From contig JAEUHP010000275.1 of assembly GCA_016795295.1 (NCBI GenBank), forward strand, positions 2,195 to 66,194: a DNA stretch of 64,000 nucleotides. Reading direction: 5' to 3'. Shown here one piece after another: positions 44,381 to 52,884 of this stretch. The notes under the pieces are model-generated. The model was not told where the DNA came from, ran no database searches, and saw only the letters and a program-made list of their open reading frames with translations. The DNA comes from Planctomycetota bacterium. GTDB taxonomy: Bacteria > Planctomycetota > UBA1135 > UBA2386. Every line of letters starts with the position of its first letter. The first letter of the stretch is position 1. Both the position numbers and the translations under genes were made by a program.

Positions 44381-45787
44381 ATGCGGCCCATCACCGGCAC
44401 CCACGTCTACTCCTACGTGAAGTGCCCGCGGCTCGCCGCGCTGGACCTGCATCTGCCGCGCAGCGAACGGCGGCCGCCGACGGAGTGGGAGGAGTTCGCG
44501 GCCCAACGCGGCCGCGACTTCGAGGCCAGCTACGTGGCCGGCCTCGGTGCCGTGGCACCGCGCCACCCCGAGCGCGACTTCGCCGCGGGCGCCGCCGCGA
44601 CTCGCGACCTGCTGCTGGCCGGCACGCCGCTGGTGCACCAGGGCGTGCTGCAGACCGAGGACTGCCTCGGCTTGCCCGACCTGTTGCGGCGCGTGCCCGG
44701 CGCTTCGGCGCTGGGCGACCACCACTACGAAGTGCTCGACGTCAAGACCTCGGGCCGACCACGCGGCGAACAGATCCTGCAGGTGGTGTTCTACAGCCAC
44801 CTGCTCACGGCGCTGCAGCAACGCGCACCGAGCCATGGTGCCTTGGTGCTCAAGGACGGCCGTGAAGAACGCTTCGTGCTCGCCGACTACGAGGCAGCGC
44901 ACGATCGCGTGCTGGCAGCGCTGCGTGCCCTGCGCGCGGAGCCGACCGGCGCACGGCCGTTCCTGCAGGCCGGCTGCAGCGGCTGTTACCACGACCAACG
45001 CTGTCTGGGCGAACTCACGGCGGCTCAGGACCTGTCACTGGTGCAGGGCATGAGCCATGGCGCTCGTGCCATCCTCGAAGCCCTGGGCTGCCGCACCATT
45101 GCCGACTTGGCGTCCTTCCATCCGCAGCACGCGCGGGAACGCGGGCAGCTCGACGCGGCGCTGGTGCGCCGGCTCCGGCGCGCCGCGCAGGCGCATCTGC
45201 TGGGTGCACCCCTGGTGGAGACGCGGCCGCGCACCGAGCGGTGCCGCGACGGAGCGATCGTGCATCTGCTGGGCGACCCGTTCGCCGACCGGGTGCTGGC
45301 GTTCGGCACGCTGTATCCGGCGGTCGAGGGGGGGCGGTTCACCTGGACGCGGGCGGCGGACGCCGACGACGAATGGCGGGCGTTCGACGAGTTGGTGGCG
45401 GCGCTGCCCGAACGGGTGCCGCTGTGGCACTTCGGCGAGGCGCTGCCACGCTGGTACGAAGGGCAGGTTTTCGCGCGCGAAGCCGACCCGGCCCTGGAAC
45501 TGCGGTTCCAGGCCCTGGACAAGCGCCTGCGCGGCGCGGCGACCTACCCGCGGCCGGTGTTCGGTCTCTCGGACTTCGTGCAGTTCGGGTTGCAGCGAGA
45601 TGCGCTGCGGGCGGGCCATCCGGGTGCGGCTGCTCTCTGGGCCCGTGGTGGCGATGGCGACGAACGGCTGCGGCAGAAGCTGGAGACGGACTTGCGCGAT
45701 CTGGCGGAGCTGATCGCGGCCATCCTCGAGGCGCCGCCGACGGTGCAGGCGGATTCAGCGGAAGGCGTGGCCACTCTGGGTCTCTAG
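44381..45787 (+). CDS. RecB-family (Cas4-like PD-(D/E)xK) putative nuclease, TM0106-type architecture
   Basis: YSYVKCPRLAAL, GLPDLL, YEVLDVKTS (D/ExK) and the Cys cluster CSGCYHDQRC, followed by a C-terminal domain of about 250 aa. Start at the ATG at 44381. Confidence 0.65.
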   Translation: MRPITGTHVYSYVKCPRLAALDLHLPRSERRPPTEWEEFAAQRGRDFEASYVAGLGAVAPRHPERDFAAGAAATRDLLLAGTPLVHQGVLQTEDCLGLPDLLRRVPGASALGDHHYEVLDVKTSGRPRGEQILQVVFYSHLLTALQQRAPSHGALVLKDGREERFVLADYEAAHDRVLAALRALRAEPTGARPFLQAGCSGCYHDQRCLGELTAAQDLSLVQGMSHGARAILEALGCRTIADLASFHPQHARERGQLDAALVRRLRRAAQAHLLGAPLVETRPRTERCRDGAIVHLLGDPFADRVLAFGTLYPAVEGGRFTWTRAADADDEWRAFDELVAALPERVPLWHFGEALPRWYEGQVFAREADPALELRFQALDKRLRGAATYPRPVFGLSDFVQFGLQRDALRAGHPGAAALWARGGDGDERLRQKLETDLRDLAELIAAILEAPPTVQADSAEGVATLGL

Positions 45788-46039
45788 CTCATGGCCTTGG
45801 TGGCTGGTGGGCACGCCAGGATCTTGACTACAAGAACAGGATGGAGCTGGGCGAAACCAGACCCAAACCTGTTCGCTGACAGTGAGGGGCAACATCCCCA
45901 GGTCCAGAACCAGGCTGCACGGCAGGTCGATCACCGCAGCTGGTGCCAGCAACAGCCATTCGGCGTCGAAGGACGCCTGTCGATCCAACAGACCGGAGAT
46001 CCAAGCCATGTCCTTGCGGACTCCGCCCAACACTTGACA

Positions 46040-46056
46040 CCTAGCAGCCCGTTGAA
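46040..46056. repeat. Terminal inverted repeat of the IS (left on the + strand)
   Basis: CCTAGCAGCCCGTTGAA is the exact reverse complement of 47491-47507. Confidence 0.85.
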
Positions 46057-47444
46057 GAAGCCGCCTCCGGCGCTGCGCTGGAGTGCTCCCGAGCCCAAGG
46101 CAACTGATCCTGAAGGCGGTCCGCGATTTCGTCGATCCGACGCCAGGTCGCGACCAGCACGACCAGGATCGTCGACCACAGAGCTTTACAGGTCGTGAGA
46201 AGGGATCGCACCGACGCCCACTCCCTCGGCTTCCCGACCCCGATCAGCTTGCGCAGGATCACGCCCAGATTGTGGGCCATGACCGTGACGAGGTAACGCT
46301 TGCCAACCTCGGCAAGGCCGCGAATCCACGATCGGCGTGCGCCACCGGTCGTGCACACATGCGCAAAGCTGCGCTCGACCACCTCCGCTCGTCGTCGCTG
46401 CAGTTGCTTGCCCTTCTCGCGATCGGTCCGGCGCTGGTTCTCGTAGACCGCCTCGCGCCAGCCATCAGGCTTGTCGTCCCAGCGGCGCTTCCGCGAGTCA
46501 CGGCGCGGCGCCACATACGTGCGGATGCCGCGTTCGCCAAGCCAGGCCAGAGTCTCGGTCTTGTGGTAGCCCTTGTCGGCGACGACCTCGGCGATGCGGC
46601 ACTCTTGCTTCGTGGCGTCGTTCAGGTTGCCCTGCGCATCGACCACGGTGTCCTTCACCGTCTCGCCATCCGCAGCGTCGGCCGGCTTCACGTCGGCAGC
46701 GACCACGATCTCGGTCTCGAGATCGACGGCGTTCTCGGCCTTGTAGCCAAGCCCCGTCGTGCCGTCCTTCATCTTGGTGATGCGCGCATCGGGATCGCTC
46801 GGAGACTGCCAGTCGTCGTTGCTGGTCTTCTTGCCCTTCCGCGTGCGATCGAACTGCCGCAGTTGGTCGTCGGTTGGATCCTCGATGCCGGCCTCCTTGG
46901 CCAACTTCGTCAGGTACTGCTTCCACGTCGCACCGCCGTCACGCCGCACGATCGACTTCATCGCGGCGTTGGCTTCGAGCGTCGTCGCGTCGACGCCGAT
47001 CGCCTTGCCCTTCAGCAGCTTCTTCTCGAAGGCGATCTTCAGCACGAAGGCGAACACCTGCTCGATCAACTCCTTCGGCATCCGCTTGCGGATCACGGTC
47101 AGACTCGAGTGCTCGGGCGACAACTCCGTCGGCTTCAGGCCGAGGAAGGTCCGGAGCGACAGGCTGTCGCTGCAGCGCCAGGCGATCCCGCGCTGCGAGT
47201 CGATGCCCTCGAAGTAGCCGATGAAGAGCATGCGGAAGAACACACCGGGCGGGATCGAGGGGCGGCCGCCGTCGCGGTAGAGCGGCTCGCATAGGCCCTC
47301 GACGTAGGCATCGAACTTGGCCTCGGAGAGCACCTTGTTCAGCGCCGCGTAGAAGGGGTGGCCGGGCGAGCGCGGCAGCGCGCTCGTTGGCACCATCAAC
47401 TCCTGCTGGAACTGATCACGACGTCGACCGAGGGCCATGCACAA
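46041..47444 (-). CDS. IS1182/IS5-family DDE transposase
   Basis: 467 aa. GHPFYAALNKVL...GRPSIPPGVFFRMLFIGYFEGI, IGVDATTLEANA, VVADKGYH and ERSFAHV are DDE transposase motifs. Confidence 0.9.
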   Translation of the reverse strand: MCMALGRRRDQFQQELMVPTSALPRSPGHPFYAALNKVLSEAKFDAYVEGLCEPLYRDGGRPSIPPGVFFRMLFIGYFEGIDSQRGIAWRCSDSLSLRTFLGLKPTELSPEHSSLTVIRKRMPKELIEQVFAFVLKIAFEKKLLKGKAIGVDATTLEANAAMKSIVRRDGGATWKQYLTKLAKEAGIEDPTDDQLRQFDRTRKGKKTSNDDWQSPSDPDARITKMKDGTTGLGYKAENAVDLETEIVVAADVKPADAADGETVKDTVVDAQGNLNDATKQECRIAEVVADKGYHKTETLAWLGERGIRTYVAPRRDSRKRRWDDKPDGWREAVYENQRRTDREKGKQLQRRRAEVVERSFAHVCTTGGARRSWIRGLAEVGKRYLVTVMAHNLGVILRKLIGVGKPREWASVRSLLTTCKALWSTILVVLVATWRRIDEIADRLQDQLPWAREHSSAAPEAASSTGC

Positions 47445-47490
47445 CTTCTACGTACGAGGTCCGGGCAGAGGCTCGTCGGAGTCGCAGTTT

Positions 47491-47507
47491 TTCAACGGGC
47501 TGCTAGG
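47491..47507. repeat. Terminal inverted repeat of the IS (right on the + strand)
   Basis: TTCAACGGGCTGCTAGG is the exact reverse complement of 46040-46056. Confidence 0.85.
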
Positions 47508-47718
47508 CTCACTGGTGCTGCCAGCGGGCGAATCCCAGTAGTCGATCTGGTGGTCGATCGTGCCGCAGGCGCTCCCACTCATGACCGCGAGGCCGATGGC
47601 AACACGAGCCATCGGTTGCCACCACGGCCATCCAGCCTGGGGGGGTTGTGAAATCGACTCATTGACTGCATGTGGCAGACCGATCATCGCCCGGTCATGA
47701 TCGTTGCCCGTGCAGGCA

Positions 47719-49065
47719 ATGCAACATCCGCGTCGGACTTGGTGGGTCGGGTCGCTCCTGTGCCTTGGACTGCAAAGCTGTGCCTACTGGTCGGAGCGGG
47801 CGCGAGATCTGCGCGATGTGTTCGTCTTCGACGTGGGCGTCGGCTTCGGTCTGGGGATCGATCTGCAGGCCACCGACGCGGTGCACACGGGGCTCGGCGG
47901 AGGTGTCTACCATGTCTGGCAGCTAGGTCACCCGAGCCTGCAGGCGGCCGACTCAGCCCTGTCGGGCCTGAATGGGCACGCCGCATGGTTGCTACATCGC
48001 AGTTCCGGGCCAATGGTCGCAGCGAACCACAGCGGCTGGCTCTGGAACTTCGCGCATTGGCCAGGTTTGTTCGCGGACCCACCCCATGCCACAAACGGCG
48101 CCGGCTGTCCCGCTGCGATTCCCTTGAGCCAGTCGGCGGCGGCGCCATGGTGGAACGCGGCCGATTTCGACTTGGGGTTGCAGTTGTTGCCAGTGGCAAT
48201 GCGTGTCGGCATTCGCCCCGGTGAGATCTTGGACTTCCTGGTGGGGTGGTTCGGTTTCGACCTGATGGGGGACGACCATGGTCCGCCACCGCGGAGCTGG
48301 GGCGTCGGACCAGAACCGGCCAGCAATCCTTCATTGCCGTTGTCCATGGCTGATGCCATGGCGGATCTGGCACGCATGCGCGCGAACCCGATGGCTCTGC
48401 AGCGACCGGTGTTCGTGCTCGGGGGGCTGCTCGACGCGGGATTCGTGGCATTGTGGGCCAGCGACCTGCGCAGATTGGTACCCGAAGCCCAAGCAGCATG
48501 GGTCGTGCCAGTAACCTTCGCCACGGCCATGTCGCTCGAAGGGGCAGTGGCCACCATGACGACGACGGTTGCCTTGGCCTGTGAAACACTCGATTGGCAC
48601 GGTCCTGTGGACATCGTGGCGCATTCCATGGGTGGGCTGGTGGCTCGTCATGCCAGTGGCGTCGCCGACCGCGGGGGCGCCAACGCTGCGCAAGGTCGGG
48701 TATCGGTGGCACGACTGTTCACGTTGGGCACGCCGCATCGGGGTGCCCGTCTCGCTGAGTTGCCAGTCGTGCATCCCTTGGCCCGCCGAATGCGCGCCGA
48801 TAGCCCCTGGATCCGAGATCTGCCGACGGCCGACTATCCGATCCTGCCTTACGTGCTGGTGCCTGACCAGCTGATCGGCCCCGAGAACGCGGCGCCGCCC
48901 GGCGAGGTCGCGTGGTGGCTGCCGAGTCCACCCGGCAGCGCAGCGCACCTGGGAGCCCTCGCCGATCCGAGGTTCTTGGTGGACATCGCGCAGCGCCTCA
49001 GGGGCGAGGCTGGCGTATCGTCGGAACCGCGTGCCCCTCTGCCCACAGAGCATACTGAGAGGTGA
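47719..49065 (+). CDS. Lipoprotein with unknown N-terminal domain fused to a lipase/PGAP1-like alpha/beta hydrolase domain
   Basis: The ATG at 47719 gives MQHPRRTWWVGSLLCLGLQSC (lipobox). The C-terminal half has VDIVAHSMGGLVARH (GxSxG) and LFTLGTPHRGA. Confidence 0.65.
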   Translation: MQHPRRTWWVGSLLCLGLQSCAYWSERARDLRDVFVFDVGVGFGLGIDLQATDAVHTGLGGGVYHVWQLGHPSLQAADSALSGLNGHAAWLLHRSSGPMVAANHSGWLWNFAHWPGLFADPPHATNGAGCPAAIPLSQSAAAPWWNAADFDLGLQLLPVAMRVGIRPGEILDFLVGWFGFDLMGDDHGPPPRSWGVGPEPASNPSLPLSMADAMADLARMRANPMALQRPVFVLGGLLDAGFVALWASDLRRLVPEAQAAWVVPVTFATAMSLEGAVATMTTTVALACETLDWHGPVDIVAHSMGGLVARHASGVADRGGANAAQGRVSVARLFTLGTPHRGARLAELPVVHPLARRMRADSPWIRDLPTADYPILPYVLVPDQLIGPENAAPPGEVAWWLPSPPGSAAHLGALADPRFLVDIAQRLRGEAGVSSEPRAPLPTEHTER

Positions 49066-49194
49066 TACCTGCTAGGGGTGCGACCAGAGGGGATGCCGGC
49101 GCCAGCACGCCAGCACCCAGACCAAGGACATCCTGGTGCAGAGAAGAGACGATCCAAGGCCAAACCACTGCCTCGGTCAGACAAACGGCAACCC

Positions 49195-50805
49195 TCACCG
49201 CACGGCTTCGAGTACGTACGGCGAATCCACCGGGAAGCCCACCAGCGGCCGCAGCGCGAGACCGTCGTCGAGCAATGGCCCACTGCGCCGGCGATACAAG
49301 TCGTCCGGCGTGCCGATCCGCCCGTCCGGGCCCGAGAGCCCGAACGCGAACAGCCCCTCGAACTGCGGGCCGATCTGCTGGTCGAGCACGATCGCCCCGA
49401 ACCGACGCGCCAGCAGCCCCTGCAGCACCCCGTCGCGGAAACTGCGCAGTGCCGGACCGGTCTTGCCCGGCAGTTGCGCGAGGCGCTGGTCGGAGGCGAG
49501 CGCCGGCAGATCGAGCACCCCCTCCGGTGTCTTCGGCAGAGCCTGCAGCAGATCGAAGATCGCCTGGCCGTGCGCACCCGTGGCCTTGCCCGCCTGGATG
49601 GTGATACCGCCGTGCCCTGGGATCAGCACTTCGCCCGCGACCCCGCGCACGTACGCCAGCAGCGTGTCGTGGGCCTGGCAATGCGCTGCGCTCGGCAGCG
49701 CCGTTCGCCCAGGTGCGCGCGCCACGCCGTAGCCGAACAGCACCGCGAACTGCGCGAGCAGCAGCACCGGCACGGCGAGCCGTGCCACGCGCCCCGCAGT
49801 CACCACGGCCAACGGCCCGAGCAGGCACGCCGCGGCGAAGCCGTACATGAGCACATTGTCGAACCCGCCGACGTGCAAGCGCGACAGCCACGACGTCACC
49901 AGCCCGCCGCTGCCGACCGCCGCCAGGAACAGGGCCGCAGGACGTTCGCCGCGCCGCCATCGCTCGACGAAACCAAGCAATCCCAGCAGCAGCAGCGGCA
50001 CCAGTGGCAGCAGATCCTGCGTCCAGAAGCCGAGCTTGGCCTTGCCCTCGACCGCGTGCTGACGCGGCATCTCGAACAGATAGAACGTCGACCAACCTTC
50101 CGTGCCGAGGTGCAGCCCACCGAGTCCCACTGCCAGGAGCACGACCGTCGCCGCGGCGAAGCGCAGCGCCGTGCGCCAGTCGTGCAGCAGCGCACCCACA
50201 CCAATCGCAGGCAGCCACATCAGCGCCGACTGCTTGGCCAGCACGGCGGCGAGCGCCAACACCGCTGCCGGTAACCACCGCCACGGCCCGCCGCGGCGCA
50301 GCAGACAGGCACAGCCCAGGGTCGGCAGCAGAAACAGCGCGTCGTTGCGCGCCAGATCGAACCACCAGTGCAGCCAGCCGTAGCCGGCGAGGAACAAGCC
50401 ACTCGCCACCAGCCCCGGCACCACGCGGCCACTCTCCCGCCGCACCCAATGGCCGAGCAGCAGGGCAGTGCCGAGCGACGCCAGGGCCGCCACCAGACGC
50501 AGCGCCAGCAGGCCGGACAGGCCCAACTTCATGCCGAGCGCGCCGAGCCAGAACAGCAGGGGCGCGTAGAGGAACGGCACGTGTTCGGGGGTTGGCGCGC
50601 AATAGAGCGGCAGACCCTGGGCCACCCTGTGCGCGTGGTCGACCAGAGCCCCTTCCATCCATTCGAGTTCGTGCGGATACGGCAGGCGCTGGCTCGCGAA
50701 CCACGCGAACTGCCCGAGCGCGCACAGCGCGGCGAGCAGCAACGCCCCCCAGGCAACCGGGTCGAACACGTTCGGTCGGGCAGGGCTGCCAGCGGGTTCG
50801 GCCAT
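49195..50805 (-). CDS. Polytopic membrane protein, GT-C (ArnT/PMT-like) glycosyltransferase candidate with periplasmic C-terminal domain
   Basis: 536 aa with about 10 or more hydrophobic helices. The first loop reads YPHELEWMEGALVDHAHRV. There is a soluble C-terminal region of about 150 aa. The family call is tentative. Confidence 0.55.
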   Translation of the reverse strand: MAEPAGSPARPNVFDPVAWGALLLAALCALGQFAWFASQRLPYPHELEWMEGALVDHAHRVAQGLPLYCAPTPEHVPFLYAPLLFWLGALGMKLGLSGLLALRLVAALASLGTALLLGHWVRRESGRVVPGLVASGLFLAGYGWLHWWFDLARNDALFLLPTLGCACLLRRGGPWRWLPAAVLALAAVLAKQSALMWLPAIGVGALLHDWRTALRFAAATVVLLAVGLGGLHLGTEGWSTFYLFEMPRQHAVEGKAKLGFWTQDLLPLVPLLLLGLLGFVERWRRGERPAALFLAAVGSGGLVTSWLSRLHVGGFDNVLMYGFAAACLLGPLAVVTAGRVARLAVPVLLLAQFAVLFGYGVARAPGRTALPSAAHCQAHDTLLAYVRGVAGEVLIPGHGGITIQAGKATGAHGQAIFDLLQALPKTPEGVLDLPALASDQRLAQLPGKTGPALRSFRDGVLQGLLARRFGAIVLDQQIGPQFEGLFAFGLSGPDGRIGTPDDLYRRRSGPLLDDGLALRPLVGFPVDSPYVLEAVR

Positions 50806-50890
50806 CGGCGACGGTCTTACCCGCTCCGCCGCGGCGCCGCGAGGGTGGGCCCTCCCGCACCGACGGGGCTACCATTGTACGCACGCGCCC

Positions 50891-51397
50891 ATGCCCATCC
50901 TGGTTCGTCCCGACGATCTCACCGATCCCGCCGTGCAGGAACTGGTCGCCGAGCACCTGCAGGGCATGCAACAGTTCTCGCCACCCGGCCACGTGCACGC
51001 GCTGGCCGTGGCGAACCTGCGCGCTCCCGGCATCACGTTCCTGACCGCGTGGCTCGACGGGCAGCTGTGCGGCTGCGGCGCCCTCAAGGCCCTCGGGCCG
51101 GACGCCGGCGAGATCAAGTCGATGCGCACCAAGGCGGCGTTCCTGCGTCGCGGCGTGGGCCAAGCGGTGCTGGACACCATCGAACGCACCGCCCGCACCA
51201 GGGGCTACCGACACCTGTACCTGGAGACCGGGACCGGACCGGCGTTCGACGCGGCCCACAAGCTCTACCTGCGCTCGGGTTTCGCCTTTTGCGGACCGTT
51301 CGGTGACTACCGCGCCACCGAGTTCAACGTCTTCATGAGCAAAGTCCTCGCCGATCCGTCCACGACGGCGCGCATCCCGGCGCCCGATTTGCTATAG
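50891..51397 (+). CDS. GNAT-family N-acetyltransferase
   Basis: 168 aa. The acetyl-CoA site is [10 protein letters not shown]. Also YLETG...A..LYLRSGF. Confidence 0.8.
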   Translation: MPILVRPDDLTDPAVQELVAEHLQGMQQFSPPGHVHALAVANLRAPGITFLTAWLDGQLCGCGALKALGPDAGEIKSMRTKAAFLRRGVGQAVLDTIERTARTRGYRHLYLETGTGPAFDAAHKLYLRSGFAFCGPFGDYRATEFNVFMSKVLADPSTTARIPAPDLL

Positions 51398-51408
51398 CAG
51401 TCGCCCCC

Positions 51409-52455
51409 ATGGCCACGACCGGTCTGCCGATCCTCGAGTTCGTCACGCGCAACTACAAGAACTTCAACTCGCGCGCCCTGCGCGACGCGCTGTTCGCCTA
51501 CTGGGACCATGTGAAGGGCGGTGGTCGGATGTACTGGGCGGTCGCCGGCGCGATGTCGTCGGCACAACTCGGCATCACCCTGGCGCCGGCGATCCGGAGT
51601 GGTCTGGTGCACGGCCTGTCGGTGACCGGGGCCAACCTGGAGGAGTCGCTGTTCCGCCTGGTCGCGCACGACAGCTACAAGGACTTCCCCGAGTATCGCT
51701 ACTTCACCAAGGACGACGACACGCAGATCCTCGCGCAGCGCATGCGGCGGGTCACCGACACCAGCATTCCGGAGGACGAGGCGTTCCGCGCCGTCGAGAA
51801 GATCCTGGTGCCGATGTGGAAGCGGGCCTCGCAGAACGGCGAACGGCGCTTCTGGCACGAGTACTTCTACGAGTTGGTGCTGCAGTTGACCTCGAAGCAC
51901 TTCGAGGGCAACCCCGACGAGTGCTGGCTGCTCGCCGCGGCGAAGGCCAATCTGCCGATCGTGGTGCCCGGCCACGAGGACTCGACGTTCGGCAACATCT
52001 TCGCTTCGCACGTGAAGCTCGGCGACTGCAGCGCCTCGATCGTCAAATCGGGCATCGAGTACATGACCCAGCTCTACGACGACTACCGCGTGCTGTCGAA
52101 GGGCAAGGGCATCGGCTTCTTCCAGATCGGCGGCGGCATCGCCGGCGACTTCCCGATCTGCGTGGTGCCGTCGATCAAGTACGACCTCGAAGAGCCGGTG
52201 AAGCCGTGGGCGTACTTCTGCCAGATCTCGGATTCGACGACGTCCTACGGTTCGTACTCGGGCGCCACGCCGAACGAGAAGATCACGTGGGACAAGCTGA
52301 CGGCCGAGACGCCGATGTTCGTGGTCGAATCGGACGCGACGATCGTGGTGCCGCTGATGCTCTCGGCCCTGCTCGAGTGCCAGGGCGACCCGAAGGCCGC
52401 CGACGCCGCGATCAAGGCCTGCCGCAAGCAGGTCGCGAAGTCGCTGGCGCGCTGA
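51409..52455 (+). CDS. Deoxyhypusine synthase-like (DHS/homospermidine synthase family) protein
   Basis: 348 aa. [10 protein letters not shown], the NAD-binding-type [12 protein letters not shown], and [10 protein letters not shown] with the conserved Lys position. Confidence 0.75.
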   Translation: MATTGLPILEFVTRNYKNFNSRALRDALFAYWDHVKGGGRMYWAVAGAMSSAQLGITLAPAIRSGLVHGLSVTGANLEESLFRLVAHDSYKDFPEYRYFTKDDDTQILAQRMRRVTDTSIPEDEAFRAVEKILVPMWKRASQNGERRFWHEYFYELVLQLTSKHFEGNPDECWLLAAAKANLPIVVPGHEDSTFGNIFASHVKLGDCSASIVKSGIEYMTQLYDDYRVLSKGKGIGFFQIGGGIAGDFPICVVPSIKYDLEEPVKPWAYFCQISDSTTSYGSYSGATPNEKITWDKLTAETPMFVVESDATIVVPLMLSALLECQGDPKAADAAIKACRKQVAKSLAR

Positions 52456-52484
52456 TTCGGACTTCCCAGACCGATGGCACATCG

Positions 52485-52859
52485 ATGAAGACCACCGCCA
52501 AGACCCTGGCGAACTGGCAACGCATCTATGCCATGAGCTTCGCCAGCGTCTACCCCATGTACGTCGCCAAGGCAGCGAAGAAGGGCCGCACGCAGGCAGA
52601 GGTCGACCAGATCATCCGCTGGCTCACCGGCTACCCACAGAAGTCCCTGGCGAGCCACCTCGCCAAAGGCACCACGTTCGAAGCGTTCTTCGGCAAGGCC
52701 CCCAAACCCAATCCCGCGCGCAAGCAGATCACGGGCACGGTCTGCGGAGTTCGGGTCGAAGCGATCGAGGTGCCGCTGATGCAGGAGATCCGCTACCTCG
52801 ACAAACTCGTCGACGAACTCGCCAAGGGCAAGCCGATGGAGAAGATCCTGCGCGGGTGA
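52485..52859 (+). CDS. DUF2200 family protein
   Basis: [38 protein letters not shown]...[37 protein letters not shown] matches my memory of the DUF2200 consensus. Confidence 0.7.
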   Translation: MKTTAKTLANWQRIYAMSFASVYPMYVAKAAKKGRTQAEVDQIIRWLTGYPQKSLASHLAKGTTFEAFFGKAPKPNPARKQITGTVCGVRVEAIEVPLMQEIRYLDKLVDELAKGKPMEKILRG

Positions 52860-52884
52860 ACGCGCAGGAAGCCACCGCAGACCG

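Larger units (their letters stand above)
46040..47507 (-). mobile_element. IS1182/IS5-like insertion sequence, apparently intact
   Basis: 1468 bp bounded by perfect 17-bp inverted repeats CCTAGCAGCCCGTTGAA. It carries a single uninterrupted DDE transposase ORF whose stop codon lies inside the terminal repeat. Confidence 0.85.
45755..47612 (-). pseudogene. YceK-like (DUF1375) lipoprotein gene split by the IS element
   Basis: 5' piece 47508-47612: MARVAIGLAVMSGSACGTIDHQIDYW... 3' piece 45755-46039: ...GGVRKDMAWISG...AVIDLPCSLVLDLGMLPLTV. Compare E. coli YceK LSGCGSII...LDLPFSLVFDTLLLP. The two pieces are in frame once the IS is removed. Confidence 0.6.

Noticed and set aside
44381-47507. RecB-like nuclease plus IS, considered as a defence or mobile island
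   Set aside because: There are no integrase, methyltransferase, helicase, toxin-antitoxin or cas genes, and no flanking direct repeats beyond the IS itself. The flanking genes look like ordinary envelope and housekeeping genes.
49068-49076. CCTGCTAGG resembling the tip of the IS inverted repeat, considered as a solo IR or second IS remnant
   Set aside because: Only 8 of 9 nt match, with no extension into the rest of the 17-bp repeat and no transposase remnant nearby.
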